From: Flavobacterium sp.
Lineage (GTDB): Bacteria > Bacteroidota > Bacteroidia > Flavobacteriales > Flavobacteriaceae
Assembly (NCBI RefSeq): GCF_035195345.1
Contig: NZ_CP136574.1
Span: 2,653,598-2,717,597, forward strand
DNA length: 64,000 bases
Direction: 5' to 3'
Under the pieces are notes generated by a model. That model was not told the DNA's origin. It searched no databases and saw nothing but the letters and a program-made list of their open reading frames with translations. The position numbers and the translations under genes are program-made. Of the stretch, positions 1-10,720 are shown one piece after another. The stretch's first letter is position 1; every line of letters begins with the position of its first letter.

Positions 1-82
1 TTGGTTAAAACAAGAAAATAGGTAAGTTTAGTTATAAAATATTTTGGCATAAGTTTTGTCTTGCTATTTTAAACTAACAACC

Positions 83-748
83 ATGAAAAATTACCTAATT
101 CTTTTAGCGGGAACGCTTTTATTTACATCTTGTAAAGAATCTGCTATAGAAAATAGTTTTATCTATTTTTCTGAAGCCCAGCCCACCAATGTTGATGCTA
201 TAATTGAATTTCCTAAAAAGTTTGTTCGAACGTATACAATGGATTATTCGCATCGTTTGGTAGTGGAGCCAAAATGCGCTTATATTAAAGAAATTGAAAC
301 CATTACCTCTTTAAAATCAGAATTGGATTCTATTCCCGAATTAGAATTTCGAAACAATCAAGTTTATGATAAATCTGAAAGTAAAGCTTATAAAACGTTT
401 ATAAAAGGCGATACAATTACGTTCGAAATAGAACGTTTAGATACTATTTTTTCCTTTGCAGAAAATGAAATAGCGAAACAATATAAATCTTCGTTAGTTT
501 TAAATAAGGAAGTAGATGGGAAATACCAAACCAGTATTCTGAAATTATCTACTATTGGAGTAAGTCATACTCAACTAGCAACCAAAAAAGATTTTACTAA
601 ATTAAAATCCGAACTTAAAATTCCATTTGTTACTGAAATGAGTAAAAACGATACACTTCACGTTGTTTTAACGCCATCTCGTGCCGATTTTAGAAAGTTA
701 TTACGAAAAGAAGGTTTTGAGTACGAAAGCAATTACTTGTTTAAATAA
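83..748 (+). CDS. Hypothetical lipoprotein
   Basis: ORF 56..748; likely start ATG 83 gives the signal peptide MKNYLILLAGTLLFTS-C (lipobox). No recognisable domain. Confidence 0.75.
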   Translation: MKNYLILLAGTLLFTSCKESAIENSFIYFSEAQPTNVDAIIEFPKKFVRTYTMDYSHRLVVEPKCAYIKEIETITSLKSELDSIPELEFRNNQVYDKSESKAYKTFIKGDTITFEIERLDTIFSFAENEIAKQYKSSLVLNKEVDGKYQTSILKLSTIGVSHTQLATKKDFTKLKSELKIPFVTEMSKNDTLHVVLTPSRADFRKLLRKEGFEYESNYLFK

Positions 749-754
749 AAAGCT

Positions 755-1426
755 ATGAAAATCATCAAAAAACTGCTGAAATATTTAGCGATTTTCATTC
801 TATCATTGTTGACGTATTTGTTAATCGTAACGTTGTTGTCTTTTGTTTCGGTAAATGAAGATTTTGCTGAAAACCATCAAGAAATTCCAATCTACATTCT
901 AACAAATGGCGTTCATACAGATGTTCTTCTACCTATTAAAAACGAACATTATGATTGGTCAAACCAACTGAAATTTGAACATACTAAATCAAAAGATACT
1001 ACATATCAATATGTTGCTTTGGGTTGGGGTGATAAAGGTTTTTACTAAGAAACGCCCACTTGGGCAGATTTGAAAGCAAGTACAGCTTTGAAAGCTGCTT
1101 CTGGATTGAGTACAACGGCAATGCATGTAACCTTTTACAAAGATTTGAAAGAAAGTAAGTCTTGTAAGAAACTTCAAATTTCTTCTGATAATTACAAAAA
1201 GTTGATTCTATTCATTAATGAATCTTTTAAAACCAAATCAGGTGAATTTTTAAAAATTGAAACGGATGCAGTTTACGGAAAACACGACGTTTTTTATGAA
1301 GCCAACGGAAGTTATTCGTTATTTTATACTTGCAATTCTTGGGCAAATCAAGCCCTAAAAGCAGCCAATCAAAAAGCTGCTCTTTGGACAATTTCAGATA
1401 GTGGGATTTTTAGACATTATGAGTAG
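755..1426 (+). pseudogene. TIGR02117/DUF2459-family protein interrupted by an in-frame TAA at 1046-1048
   Basis: ORFs 755..1048 and 1070..1426 share a frame; read-through gives ...NGVHTD...GWGDKGFY*ETPTWADLK...YSLFYTCNSWAN, typical of this family. Confidence 0.8.
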
Positions 1427-1552
1427 TTAGAAAATCTTTTTTTCCTTCTCTTTTTTCTATCTTCTTAACCATATTTTGTCAATAACTTATCGGTTTTTCG
1501 CTTCTAAAATTTGGAGATAAATGCTATATTGCACAAAATCCAAATTCTGTCT

Positions 1553-3409
1553 ATGTTAGAGCAAAATCAATATACCGAAGACAATATTCGTTCCCTCGAT
1601 TGGAAAGAACACATTCGTATGCGTCCTGGTATGTATATCGGAAAACTAGGTGATGGTTCTTCGCCCGATGATGGTATTTATATTTTATTAAAAGAAGTAT
1701 TGGATAACTGTATCGATGAATTTGTCATGGGTGCAGGAAAAACCATTGAAGTTACCATCAAAGACAAACTCGTTACGGTGCGCGATTATGGTCGAGGCAT
1801 TCCGTTAGGAAAAGTCGTTGATGTAGTTTCCAAAATGAATACAGGTGGAAAATATGATTCCAAAGCCTTTAAAAAATCAGTAGGTTTAAATGGTGTCGGA
1901 ACAAAAGCCGTAAATGCACTTTCCAATTATTTCCGTGTAGAATCGGTACGTGATAATCAACAAAAAGCAGCGGAATTCTCTGCCGGAAATCTAACCTTAG
2001 AAGAAGACGTTCAAGAAACAACCAAGCGTAAAGGAACCAAAGTTTCGTTTATTGCCGATGAGGCGATTTTCAAGAACTACAAATACCGAAATGAGTACAT
2101 CATCAAGATGCTCAAAAATTACTGTTATCTAAATACGGGATTAACCATTTATTACAATGGCGAAAAGTATTTTTCAGATAACGGTTTAAAAGATTTATTA
2201 GAAGAAGCGATTCATGAAGACGATATGGTGTATCCAACGATTCATTTGTTGGGCGACGATATCGAAGTGGCAATTACGCACAGTAAATCGCAATATTCAG
2301 AAGAATATCATTCATTTGTCAACGGACAAAATACCACGCAAGGAGGAACGCATTTAGGTGCTTTTCGTGAAGCAATTGTAAAAACCATCAAAGAGTTTTA
2401 CAACAAGCCTTTTGAAGCGTCTGATATACGTAAATCGATTGTTTCAGCGGTTTCGGTTAAAGTGGAAGAACCTGTTTTCGAATCACAAACTAAAACCAAA
2501 TTAGGTTCAACCGATATTGGTCCGAATGGTCCTTCAGTGCGTTCGTTTGTAAATGATTTCATCAAAACTAAGTTAGATAATTTTTTACATAAAAATCCAG
2601 AAGTTGCCGATGCGTTATTGCGTAAGATTTTACAAGCTGAACGCGAACGTAAAGAACTTTCGGGTATTCGAAAATTAGCCAAAGACCGCGCTAAAAAAGC
2701 CAGTCTTCACAATAAAAAATTACGCGATTGTCGTGTGCATTTAACCGATGCGAAAAATCCAAGAAGTTTAGAAAGTACGCTTTTTATAACCGAGGGAGAT
2801 TCGGCTTCGGGTTCGATTACGAAGAGTCGTGATGTTAATACACAAGCGGTGTTCAGTTTACGTGGTAAGCCTTTGAACTCGTATGGAATGACTAAGAAAA
2901 TCGTATACGAAAACGAAGAATTCAATTTATTGCAAGCCGCATTAAACATCGAGGAAGATATGGGCGATTTACGTTACAACAATATCGTAATTGCAACCGA
3001 TGCCGATGTCGATGGTATGCACATTCGTTTGTTGTTGATTACGTTTTTCTTGCAGTTTTTCCCTGAGTTGATTAAAGATGGACATTTGTATATTTTACAA
3101 ACGCCTTTGTTCCGTGTGCGAAATAAAAAAGAAACGATTTATTGCTACAGCGAAGAAGAACGAGTAAACGCCATAGAAAAGCTAAAACCAAAACCAGAAA
3201 TCACCCGATTCAAAGGATTAGGAGAAATTTCGCCAGATGAGTTTAAACATTTCATTGGGCAAGACATTCGATTAGATCCTGTGATGTTAGATAAAGCCAC
3301 TTCTATTGAAACTTTGTTAGAGTTCTACATGGGTAAAAATACCCCAGACCGACAAGAGTTTATCATCAACAATTTGAAAGTGGAGTTGGATGTTGTGGAG
3401 AAGAATTAA
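1553..3409 (+). CDS. parE: DNA topoisomerase IV subunit B (GyrB/ParE family)
   Basis: [51 protein letters not shown] and RFKGLGE motifs; likely start ATG 1553 (ORF called from 1511). Confidence 0.95.
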   Translation: MLEQNQYTEDNIRSLDWKEHIRMRPGMYIGKLGDGSSPDDGIYILLKEVLDNCIDEFVMGAGKTIEVTIKDKLVTVRDYGRGIPLGKVVDVVSKMNTGGKYDSKAFKKSVGLNGVGTKAVNALSNYFRVESVRDNQQKAAEFSAGNLTLEEDVQETTKRKGTKVSFIADEAIFKNYKYRNEYIIKMLKNYCYLNTGLTIYYNGEKYFSDNGLKDLLEEAIHEDDMVYPTIHLLGDDIEVAITHSKSQYSEEYHSFVNGQNTTQGGTHLGAFREAIVKTIKEFYNKPFEASDIRKSIVSAVSVKVEEPVFESQTKTKLGSTDIGPNGPSVRSFVNDFIKTKLDNFLHKNPEVADALLRKILQAERERKELSGIRKLAKDRAKKASLHNKKLRDCRVHLTDAKNPRSLESTLFITEGDSASGSITKSRDVNTQAVFSLRGKPLNSYGMTKKIVYENEEFNLLQAALNIEEDMGDLRYNNIVIATDADVDGMHIRLLLITFFLQFFPELIKDGHLYILQTPLFRVRNKKETIYCYSEEERVNAIEKLKPKPEITRFKGLGEISPDEFKHFIGQDIRLDPVMLDKATSIETLLEFYMGKNTPDRQEFIINNLKVELDVVEKN

Positions 3410-3440
3410 TTGTAAATTTTTTGTTATTAAAAATGTTAGG

Positions 3441-4706
3441 ATGATTAATTTTAAAGAAAAAATAAGTATTGATGAATTTGACGGCAAACGCTTTCAGGTA
3501 AGAATTGTTGAAGCTGAGAATGATAATAAAGCTGTTTTGACTCATTACTTACATAATATACATAATGGTGTTTCAAAGTATTATAAAGATTATGCTTTAA
3601 TAGCTCTTTCTGAATATATTTCTTATAAGCAAGAAGAAGAAAATATTCAAATTTTTGAAGAAGAAGCTTTACAACAATTATTATTTGAAGTTGAAAATGT
3701 TCCTTTTCCAACTCCCAAAAATTATAAATTTAAGTTTATTGATTTATTTGCAGGAATTGGCGGTTTTAGAATTGCTATGCAAAATTTAGGAGGTAAATGT
3801 GTTTTTACAAGTGAATGGGATAAAGAAGCAAAAAAAACATATAGGGCTAATTTTGGTGAAGTACCATTTGGCGATATTACTAAAAATAGAATTAAAAAGT
3901 TTATTCCTGATGATTTTGATGTTTTGTGTGCTGGTTTTCCATGTCAAGCATTTTCAATAGCTGGAAAAAGAGGCGGTTTTGATGACACAAGAGGAACTTT
4001 GTTTTTTGATGTTGCAGAAATAATTAAAAAATACAAACCAAAGGCGATTTTTCTTGAAAACGTAAAAGGTTTAAGAAATCATGATAAAGGAAAAACACTT
4101 GAAACAATTTTAAATGTATTAAGAAATGATTTAAATTATTATGTTCCAGAACCAAAAATTATAAATGCAAAAGATTTTGGTGTTCCTCAAAATCGTGAAA
4201 GAATATATATAGTTGGATTTCGTAAAGATTTGAAAATAAATGAATTTCAATATCCTGAACCTACTAATAATAAAGTAACTTTTAAAAAAGTAAAAGAAGA
4301 GAAAGTTCCTCCAACAAAGTATTATCTTTCAACTCAATATGTTCAAACTTTAATCAATCATAAGGCTAGACATGAAAATAAAGGAAATGGGTTTGGTTAT
4401 GCAATAATTCCTGACGATGGAATTGCTAATGCAATAGTAGTTGGAGGTATGGGAAGAGAGAGAAATTTAGTTATTGACCACAGGATTGTTGATTACACTC
4501 CTACGACTCATATAAAAGGGACTGTAAATAGGGACGGTATTCGTAAAATGACACCACGAGAATGGGCAAGATTACAAGGTTTTCCGGATAATTTTATTAT
4601 TCCTGTAGCTGACGCTTCGGCATATAAACAGTTTGGAAATTCGGTTGCAGTTCCAGCGATTGAAGCAACAGCATTAAAGATTTTAGAAACGGTTAAATTG
4701 ATTTAA
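3441..4706 (+). CDS. C5-cytosine DNA methyltransferase, M.HpaII-like (probable CCGG), with ~90-aa N-terminal extension
   Basis: Motifs FIDLFAGIGG, AGFPCQAFS, ENVKGL, QNRERIYIVG, RKMTPREWARLQGF, QFGNSV. The variable region (KYYLSTQY...RHENKGNGFGY...ANAIVVGGMGRERNLVIDHRI) closely matches M.HpaII as recalled. Likely start ATG 3441. Confidence 0.9.
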   Translation: MINFKEKISIDEFDGKRFQVRIVEAENDNKAVLTHYLHNIHNGVSKYYKDYALIALSEYISYKQEEENIQIFEEEALQQLLFEVENVPFPTPKNYKFKFIDLFAGIGGFRIAMQNLGGKCVFTSEWDKEAKKTYRANFGEVPFGDITKNRIKKFIPDDFDVLCAGFPCQAFSIAGKRGGFDDTRGTLFFDVAEIIKKYKPKAIFLENVKGLRNHDKGKTLETILNVLRNDLNYYVPEPKIINAKDFGVPQNRERIYIVGFRKDLKINEFQYPEPTNNKVTFKKVKEEKVPPTKYYLSTQYVQTLINHKARHENKGNGFGYAIIPDDGIANAIVVGGMGRERNLVIDHRIVDYTPTTHIKGTVNRDGIRKMTPREWARLQGFPDNFIIPVADASAYKQFGNSVAVPAIEATALKILETVKLI

Positions 4707-5351
4707 ATGGGATTGTTACAAAATTTAGGTATAGTAAGAGGAGATGATACTTTAGCAGGAAAAATTTTTGAAGATTTGTTTCCTAGTTTTTTTGAGGTTG
4801 AGTATGTTAAGCCTGTAGATTATGTGAAAATTTATTGGGATGCTTATCTTGTTTTTAGAGAAGGTTCCAATTTAAACGAGCAACAACAAAGAAGTGTCAA
4901 TGGAAAAATATTTGAATATATTCTTGCGACATTATTAATAAGAGAGAATATTTTACCGATTTTTTTAAGTTCTAAAGTTGCTTTCGTTCCTAATATTAGT
5001 TATGATTTAATGCTTTACTCAACCGATAGAGGGCCAATTTGTTTAAGCGCTAAAACCTCATTTAGAGAAAGATATAAGCAAGCAGATTTAGAGGCTATAG
5101 CCTTAAAATATGTTCATAGAAGGTCATTATGTTATTTACTAACATTAAGTGAAAAAGATGCTAATGATGTAAATAAAAAGCAAATTATTGGTGATGTTAT
5201 TGGTCTTGATAAAGCTATTTTCGTATTGAGTGAAGATTTTAATGATTTAGTAAATGAATTGAAATCATTTAATTTAACCGAATCACCAAATGTAAATATA
5301 ATTGAATCAACACAAATAATTACTCTTAACAAAGTTAATTCAGTTCTATAA
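4707..5351 (+). CDS. Putative type II restriction endonuclease, CCGG-family PD-(D/E)XK fold
   Basis: Starts immediately after the MTase stop; GKIFE, YD, and S-A-K-T-S-F-R-E-R-x6-E (K-x3-RER, K-x12-E) as in Ecl18kI/EcoRII-C-type enzymes. Confidence 0.75.
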   Translation: MGLLQNLGIVRGDDTLAGKIFEDLFPSFFEVEYVKPVDYVKIYWDAYLVFREGSNLNEQQQRSVNGKIFEYILATLLIRENILPIFLSSKVAFVPNISYDLMLYSTDRGPICLSAKTSFRERYKQADLEAIALKYVHRRSLCYLLTLSEKDANDVNKKQIIGDVIGLDKAIFVLSEDFNDLVNELKSFNLTESPNVNIIESTQIITLNKVNSVL

Positions 5352-8062
5352 TGAAAGACGAAGAAGAAGATAACATCATTCCAAACGAAGACGAAAATTT
5401 CGATAATCAAGACCAATCCACAAACGAGGAAGGTTTTGACGATATTCGTGTTTCTACAGGACATCATTTTTACGAAAACAACGAAAACCCAGAAGACACC
5501 ATTACCAAAGTTACAGGAATGTACAAAGATTGGTTTTTGGACTATGCTTCGTATGTAATTCTAGAACGTGCAGTTCCAGCGATTGAAGACGGTTTTAAAC
5601 CGGTGCAACGTCGTATTATGCACTCCATGAAAGAGTTAGATGATGGTCGTTACAATAAAGTAGCCAATATCGTTGGGCACACCATGCAGTATCACCCTCA
5701 CGGAGATGCAAGTATTGGTGACGCCATGGTGCAAATTGGTCAAAAAGACCTAATCATCGACATGCAAGGAAACTGGGGAAATATCTTAACAGGAGATAGT
5801 GCCGCTGCTTCCCGATACATCGAAGCCCGAATTTCAAAATTTGGTCACGATGTGTTGTATTCGCCAAAAATCACCGAATGGGGAATGTCATACGATGGTC
5901 GTCGTGCCGAACCGATTAATCTTCCGGTGAAGTTTCCTTTGTTGTTAGCACAAGGTGCAGAAGGTATTGCCGTAGGTTTATCGACCAAAGTGTTACCACA
6001 CAATTTTAACGAATTAATAGATTCTTCTATCAAAATATTAAAAGGGAAACCTTTTACCTTATTTCCCGATTTTCCAACCGCAGGTATTGCTGATGTTTCC
6101 AATTATAATGATGGATTGCGTGGCGGTCGTGTGCGTGTGCGTGCAAAAATTGGGCAGTTAGACAAACAAACGTTGGTGATTACCCAAATTCCGTTTTCAA
6201 CCAATACGTCAACATTGATTGATAGTATTTTGAAAGCCAACGAAAAAGGGAAAATCAAAATTAAGAAAATTGAAGACAACACGGCGGCTGAGGTTGAAAT
6301 TTTAATTCATTTGCCAGCTGGTGTTTCTCCAGATAAAACTATTGATGCATTGTATGCGTTCACGGCTTGCGAAACTTCGGTAGCGCCTTTAGGTTGTGTG
6401 ATTGCAAATCATAAGCCATTGTTTATTGGAGTTTCTGATATGTTGAAAATTTCGACCAATAGAACGGTTGATTTACTGAAACGCGAATTGGAAATTCAGT
6501 TAGACGAATTAGAAAATAAATGGCATTTCTCTACGTTAGAAAAGATTTTCATTCGTGAAGAAATGTATATTGACTTCAAATTGTATTCCGACAGAGAATC
6601 GTTGTACAAATATATGTATGATCGATTTGAGCCGTTTTTAAAATCATTTGTTCGGGATATTAGCGACGATGATTTGCAAAAATTGACGCAAATCCCAATG
6701 ATTCGTATAACACGTTTCGACTCGGATAAAGCCGATGAAGCGATTTCGAAATTGGAAGCCGAAATGGAACAAGTGAAATATCATTTGGATCATATTATTG
6801 ATTATACGATTGATTTCTTCCAAAAACTAAAAGACAAATACGGAAAAGGGCGCGAACGCCAAACCGAATTAAGAAGTTTTGATAATATTGAAGCAACGAA
6901 AGTAGTTTTGAGAAACACAAAACTATATGTGAACAAAGAAGAAGGTTTCTTTGGAACCGGTTTAAAGAAAGACGAATATGTTGCCGATTGTTCGGACATC
7001 GATGATGTAATTGTATTCCTTCGTGATGGAAAAATGATGGTAGCGAAAGTAGATGATAAAAAATTCGTTGGAAAAGACATTATTCACATCGCTGTTTTTG
7101 ATAAAAACGACAAACGAACGATTTACAACATGATGTATCGTGATGGTAAAAATGGTTCCACTTTTATCAAACGTTTCAATGTTTCGGGTGTAACTCGTGA
7201 TAAGTTTTATGATTTAACTCAAGAAAAACCAGGTTCAATGGTGTCTTATTTCTCTGCCAATCCAAATGGAGAAGCCGAAGTGGTTACGATTTTATTACGC
7301 CAAGTAGGAAGCGTGAAAAAACTGAAATGGGATGTTGATTTCTCGGACATTGCTATCAAAGGAAGAGCTTCTCGTGGTAACACGGTGACCAAATATCCAA
7401 TCAAAAAAATCGAGTTAAAAGAGAAAGGAATTTCAACTTTGCGTCCAAGAAAAGTTTGGTTTGATGATACCGTACAACGCTTAAATGTCGATGGAAGAGG
7501 TGAGTTGTTAGGAGAATTCCGTCCAAATGATCGTTTGTTGATTGTGAACCAATCCGGAAAGTTGAAGACCATTATTCCAGAATTGACTACGCATTTCGAA
7601 GAAGATATGATAGTGTTGGAAAAATGGAATTCAAATAAACCAGTTTCGTGTATTTATTATTGTGGCGAAAAAGACCGTTATTTTGTAAAACGTTTCTTAG
7701 TTGAAAACGAAAACAAAGAGGAAATTTTCATCACTGAACACGAGAAATCGCAATTAGAAATTGTTTCAACCGATTGGCGTCCGGTCGCTGAGGTTATTTT
7801 TGCTAAAGTAAAAGGAGTTCAAAAAGAAAATCAAGTGGTTGATTTAGAACAATTCATAGCTGTAAAAGGAATCAAAGCGTTAGGAAATCAATTAACTACG
7901 GATAAAATTAAGCAGGTTAATCTATTAGATCCACTTCCGTATGAAGAAGTTTTAGACGAACCAGAAATAGCAACCGATGAAATTTCTGAAGAAGGAAACG
8001 ATATTCAAGATTTCAATATAGAATTAGACGACGACGGACAAATTACGTTGTCTTTAGAGTAA
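5351..8062 (+). CDS. parC: DNA topoisomerase IV subunit A (GyrA/ParC family)
   Basis: RAVPAIEDGFKPVQRR, YHPHGDAS and AASRYIE (catalytic Tyr); downstream of parE. Confidence 0.95.
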   Translation: MKDEEEDNIIPNEDENFDNQDQSTNEEGFDDIRVSTGHHFYENNENPEDTITKVTGMYKDWFLDYASYVILERAVPAIEDGFKPVQRRIMHSMKELDDGRYNKVANIVGHTMQYHPHGDASIGDAMVQIGQKDLIIDMQGNWGNILTGDSAAASRYIEARISKFGHDVLYSPKITEWGMSYDGRRAEPINLPVKFPLLLAQGAEGIAVGLSTKVLPHNFNELIDSSIKILKGKPFTLFPDFPTAGIADVSNYNDGLRGGRVRVRAKIGQLDKQTLVITQIPFSTNTSTLIDSILKANEKGKIKIKKIEDNTAAEVEILIHLPAGVSPDKTIDALYAFTACETSVAPLGCVIANHKPLFIGVSDMLKISTNRTVDLLKRELEIQLDELENKWHFSTLEKIFIREEMYIDFKLYSDRESLYKYMYDRFEPFLKSFVRDISDDDLQKLTQIPMIRITRFDSDKADEAISKLEAEMEQVKYHLDHIIDYTIDFFQKLKDKYGKGRERQTELRSFDNIEATKVVLRNTKLYVNKEEGFFGTGLKKDEYVADCSDIDDVIVFLRDGKMMVAKVDDKKFVGKDIIHIAVFDKNDKRTIYNMMYRDGKNGSTFIKRFNVSGVTRDKFYDLTQEKPGSMVSYFSANPNGEAEVVTILLRQVGSVKKLKWDVDFSDIAIKGRASRGNTVTKYPIKKIELKEKGISTLRPRKVWFDDTVQRLNVDGRGELLGEFRPNDRLLIVNQSGKLKTIIPELTTHFEEDMIVLEKWNSNKPVSCIYYCGEKDRYFVKRFLVENENKEEIFITEHEKSQLEIVSTDWRPVAEVIFAKVKGVQKENQVVDLEQFIAVKGIKALGNQLTTDKIKQVNLLDPLPYEEVLDEPEIATDEISEEGNDIQDFNIELDDDGQITLSLE

Positions 8063-8069
8063 TAAGATG

Positions 8070-8104
8070 ACCTGCAAGGTTTTTATAACCTTGTAGGCTT
8101 TTTT
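8070..8104 (+). terminator. Intrinsic terminator after parC
   Basis: Stem CCTGCAAGGTT / AACCTTGTAGG followed by a T-run. Confidence 0.7.
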
Positions 8105-8171
8105 ATTGATTTTTATCATTTTTCTTCCCAAATAAAAATTTTAATTTCGCACCCAAACAAAACACAACAAT

Positions 8172-9845
8172 ATGTCAACATTTCCATCAGACATTGAAAT
8201 TGCTCAAAATGCAACGATGTCTCACATAAAAGAAATCGCTAAAAAAATCAATATTGAAGAAGACGATTTAGAATTCTACGGCAAGTATAAAGCCAAATTA
8301 CCTCTTCATTTGCAACAAGAAAACCCTAAAGGGAAACTGATTTTAGTTTCTGCCATGTCGCCAACCAAATATGGGGAAGGAAAAACTACAATGTCTATTG
8401 GATTAACAGATGGTTTGAATTACATTGGTAAAAAAGCAATTGCCGTTTTACGTGAACCTTCATTAGGACCTGTTTTCGGTTTAAAAGGAGGAGCAGCTGG
8501 TGGTGGTTATGTTCAAGTGTTACCGATGGAAGATATCAACTTACATTTTACTGGTGATTTTTCGGCAATTGAAAAAGCGAATAACTTGTTATCGGCTGTG
8601 ATTGATAACAACTTGCAAAACACGAAATATTCATTAAATCTAGATCCAAAATCAATCGCGTGGAAACGTGTGATGGACATGAACGATCGTTCACTTCGTC
8701 AGATTATTATTGGTGTTGGTGCGAAAGCTAATGGCACTATGCGTGAAGATGGTTTCAATATTACACCAGCTTCAGAAGTGATGGCGATTTTATGTTTGGC
8801 AAAAGATTTAGAAGATTTGAAATTTCGATTAGGAAATATATTCGTTGGAAAAACTTTAGAAGGAAAAGCTATTTTCGCTAGAGATTTGAATGTAGTAGGA
8901 GCAATGGCAACCTTATTGAAAGATGCGATCAAACCTAATTTAGTTCAAACAATTGATGGAAATCCTGCAATTTTACATGGCGGACCGTTTGCAAGTATTG
9001 CGCAAGGTACAAATACAGCAATTGCAACCAAAATGGGATTATCTCTTGGAGATTACGTTGTGACAGAAGCTGGTTTTGGTGCTGATTTAGGAGCAGAGAA
9101 GTTTCTACATATCAAATGCGAACAAAGTGGTTTAAAACCAGATGCGGTCGTTTTAGTAGCAACAATTAGAGCGATTAAACATCATGCTGGATTAGCGGCG
9201 GAAGATTTTAAAACAGAAAATGTAAGCGCGATTGAAAAAGGCTTTTGCAATTTAGAAAAGCACATCGAAAACATTCAAAAATTTGGAATTAATCCAGTGG
9301 TTTGTGTGAATGCTTTTCCAGATGATACACAAGCTGAATATGATAAATTAAAAGCATTATGTGCTACTAAAGGAGTTACAGCAATTGTAAGTACAGCTTT
9401 TGTTCATGGAGGAAAAGGTTCTGCGGAAGTAGCTGAAAAGGTGGTAGAAGAAATTAATAAAGGAAATGCCAATTATAAACCTTTATATCAACCATCGGAC
9501 AGTATTGAACATAAAATAAATTCAGTTGCTAAAGAAATTTATGGAGCGAATTCAGTAGAGTTTTCTCCAAAATCTAAATCACAATTAAAGATGATTAACG
9601 ATTTAGGTTTTAGTCATTTTTCGGTTTGTATGGCTAAAACACCAGCGAGTTTTTCAGACAATGAAAAGTTAATTGGTCGCCCAACGAATTTTGATATTAC
9701 GGTTCGTGAATTTGAAATTGCGAGTGGTGCTGGATTCATTGTGCCTTTGTTAGGTGAAGTAATGCGAATGCCAGGTTTACCAACAGTTCCAAACGCAGAA
9801 CGAATTGATATTGATAATAACGGAGTGATTACAGGATTGTCTTAA
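8172..9845 (+). CDS. fhs: Formate--tetrahydrofolate ligase
   Basis: SPTKYGEGKTT, REPSLGP, GGAAGGGY, LHFTGDF, HGGPFA, TEAGFGADLG and MPGLP motifs. Confidence 0.95.
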   Translation: MSTFPSDIEIAQNATMSHIKEIAKKINIEEDDLEFYGKYKAKLPLHLQQENPKGKLILVSAMSPTKYGEGKTTMSIGLTDGLNYIGKKAIAVLREPSLGPVFGLKGGAAGGGYVQVLPMEDINLHFTGDFSAIEKANNLLSAVIDNNLQNTKYSLNLDPKSIAWKRVMDMNDRSLRQIIIGVGAKANGTMREDGFNITPASEVMAILCLAKDLEDLKFRLGNIFVGKTLEGKAIFARDLNVVGAMATLLKDAIKPNLVQTIDGNPAILHGGPFASIAQGTNTAIATKMGLSLGDYVVTEAGFGADLGAEKFLHIKCEQSGLKPDAVVLVATIRAIKHHAGLAAEDFKTENVSAIEKGFCNLEKHIENIQKFGINPVVCVNAFPDDTQAEYDKLKALCATKGVTAIVSTAFVHGGKGSAEVAEKVVEEINKGNANYKPLYQPSDSIEHKINSVAKEIYGANSVEFSPKSKSQLKMINDLGFSHFSVCMAKTPASFSDNEKLIGRPTNFDITVREFEIASGAGFIVPLLGEVMRMPGLPTVPNAERIDIDNNGVITGLS

Positions 9846-9864
9846 ACAGTATCTTTTATAAAAT

Positions 9865-9897
9865 AAAAATGTCCCGATATTTATCGGGACATTTTTT
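9865..9897. terminator. Bidirectional intrinsic terminator (fhs / TerC)
   Basis: AAAATGTCCCGAT-attt-ATCGGGACATTTT between convergent genes. Confidence 0.8.
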
Positions 9898-9914
9898 ATA
9901 TAATCATTTTATAA

Positions 9915-10685
9915 TTAATTTTTCTTACGCATCTTCATATTGATAAACTCATTAGCCAATGAGAAGGTAATTGCAAAATACAAATAACCTTTTGGAACGG
10001 CTCCTACGTGTTGACCCGCTAATTCAGCATTGGATAAATGCATACTTTCGGTAATCAACATAAATCCGATTAAGATTAAAAATGATAATCCTAAAATTTG
10101 AATGGAAGGATTTGCATTTACAAAATTTCCAACAGGAACCGCGAATAACATCATAATTCCCACAGATATTACTACAGCTGTAATCATAATTAATAAAGCG
10201 CCTTCGATTCCGTTTGTCATACCAACTGCGGTTAAAATACTGTCGACAGAGAATATAATGTCAATTAATAAAATTTGACCAATAACGCTTGCAAATGATT
10301 TGGTAGCCGAAGTTTTCAATTCTTTTTCTTCTTCACCTTTGTGGTCTACTTTTTCATGAATTTCTTTAGTACTCTTGTAAATTAAAAACAGTCCTCCAAG
10401 TAACAATATCAAGGCTTGACCTGTAATGTCAGCAGAAAACCATCCAAAATCAAAGCTAAACCAAGGTGCTTTCATGGCAATTAAAATGGTGATTCCAAAA
10501 AGCAAGGCAATACGCATAAACATGGCTAAAAATAGCCCAACTCGTGTTGCTTTTTTTCGTTTTTCTGGCGGTAATTTTCCGGTAACAATCGAAATAAAAA
10601 TGATGTTATCGATTCCTAAAATAATTTCTAAAAAAGTTAAGGTTAACAGTGCTATCCATGCATCGGGATTTAAAAATACTTCCAT
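9915..10685 (-). CDS. TerC family integral membrane protein
   Basis: LEIILGIDN, DIIFSVDSILTAVG; multiple hydrophobic segments. Confidence 0.9.
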   Translation of the reverse strand: MEVFLNPDAWIALLTLTFLEIILGIDNIIFISIVTGKLPPEKRKKATRVGLFLAMFMRIALLFGITILIAMKAPWFSFDFGWFSADITGQALILLLGGLFLIYKSTKEIHEKVDHKGEEEKELKTSATKSFASVIGQILLIDIIFSVDSILTAVGMTNGIEGALLIMITAVVISVGIMMLFAVPVGNFVNANPSIQILGLSFLILIGFMLITESMHLSNAELAGQHVGAVPKGYLYFAITFSLANEFINMKMRKKN

Positions 10686-10720
10686 TTTTTGTTTTGGTTT
10701 TAGAACTAATTATACGTTGA

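Noticed and set aside
3390-3440. MTase start overlapping parE
   Set aside because: The first 17 codons look non-coding; ATG 3441 is the more plausible start.
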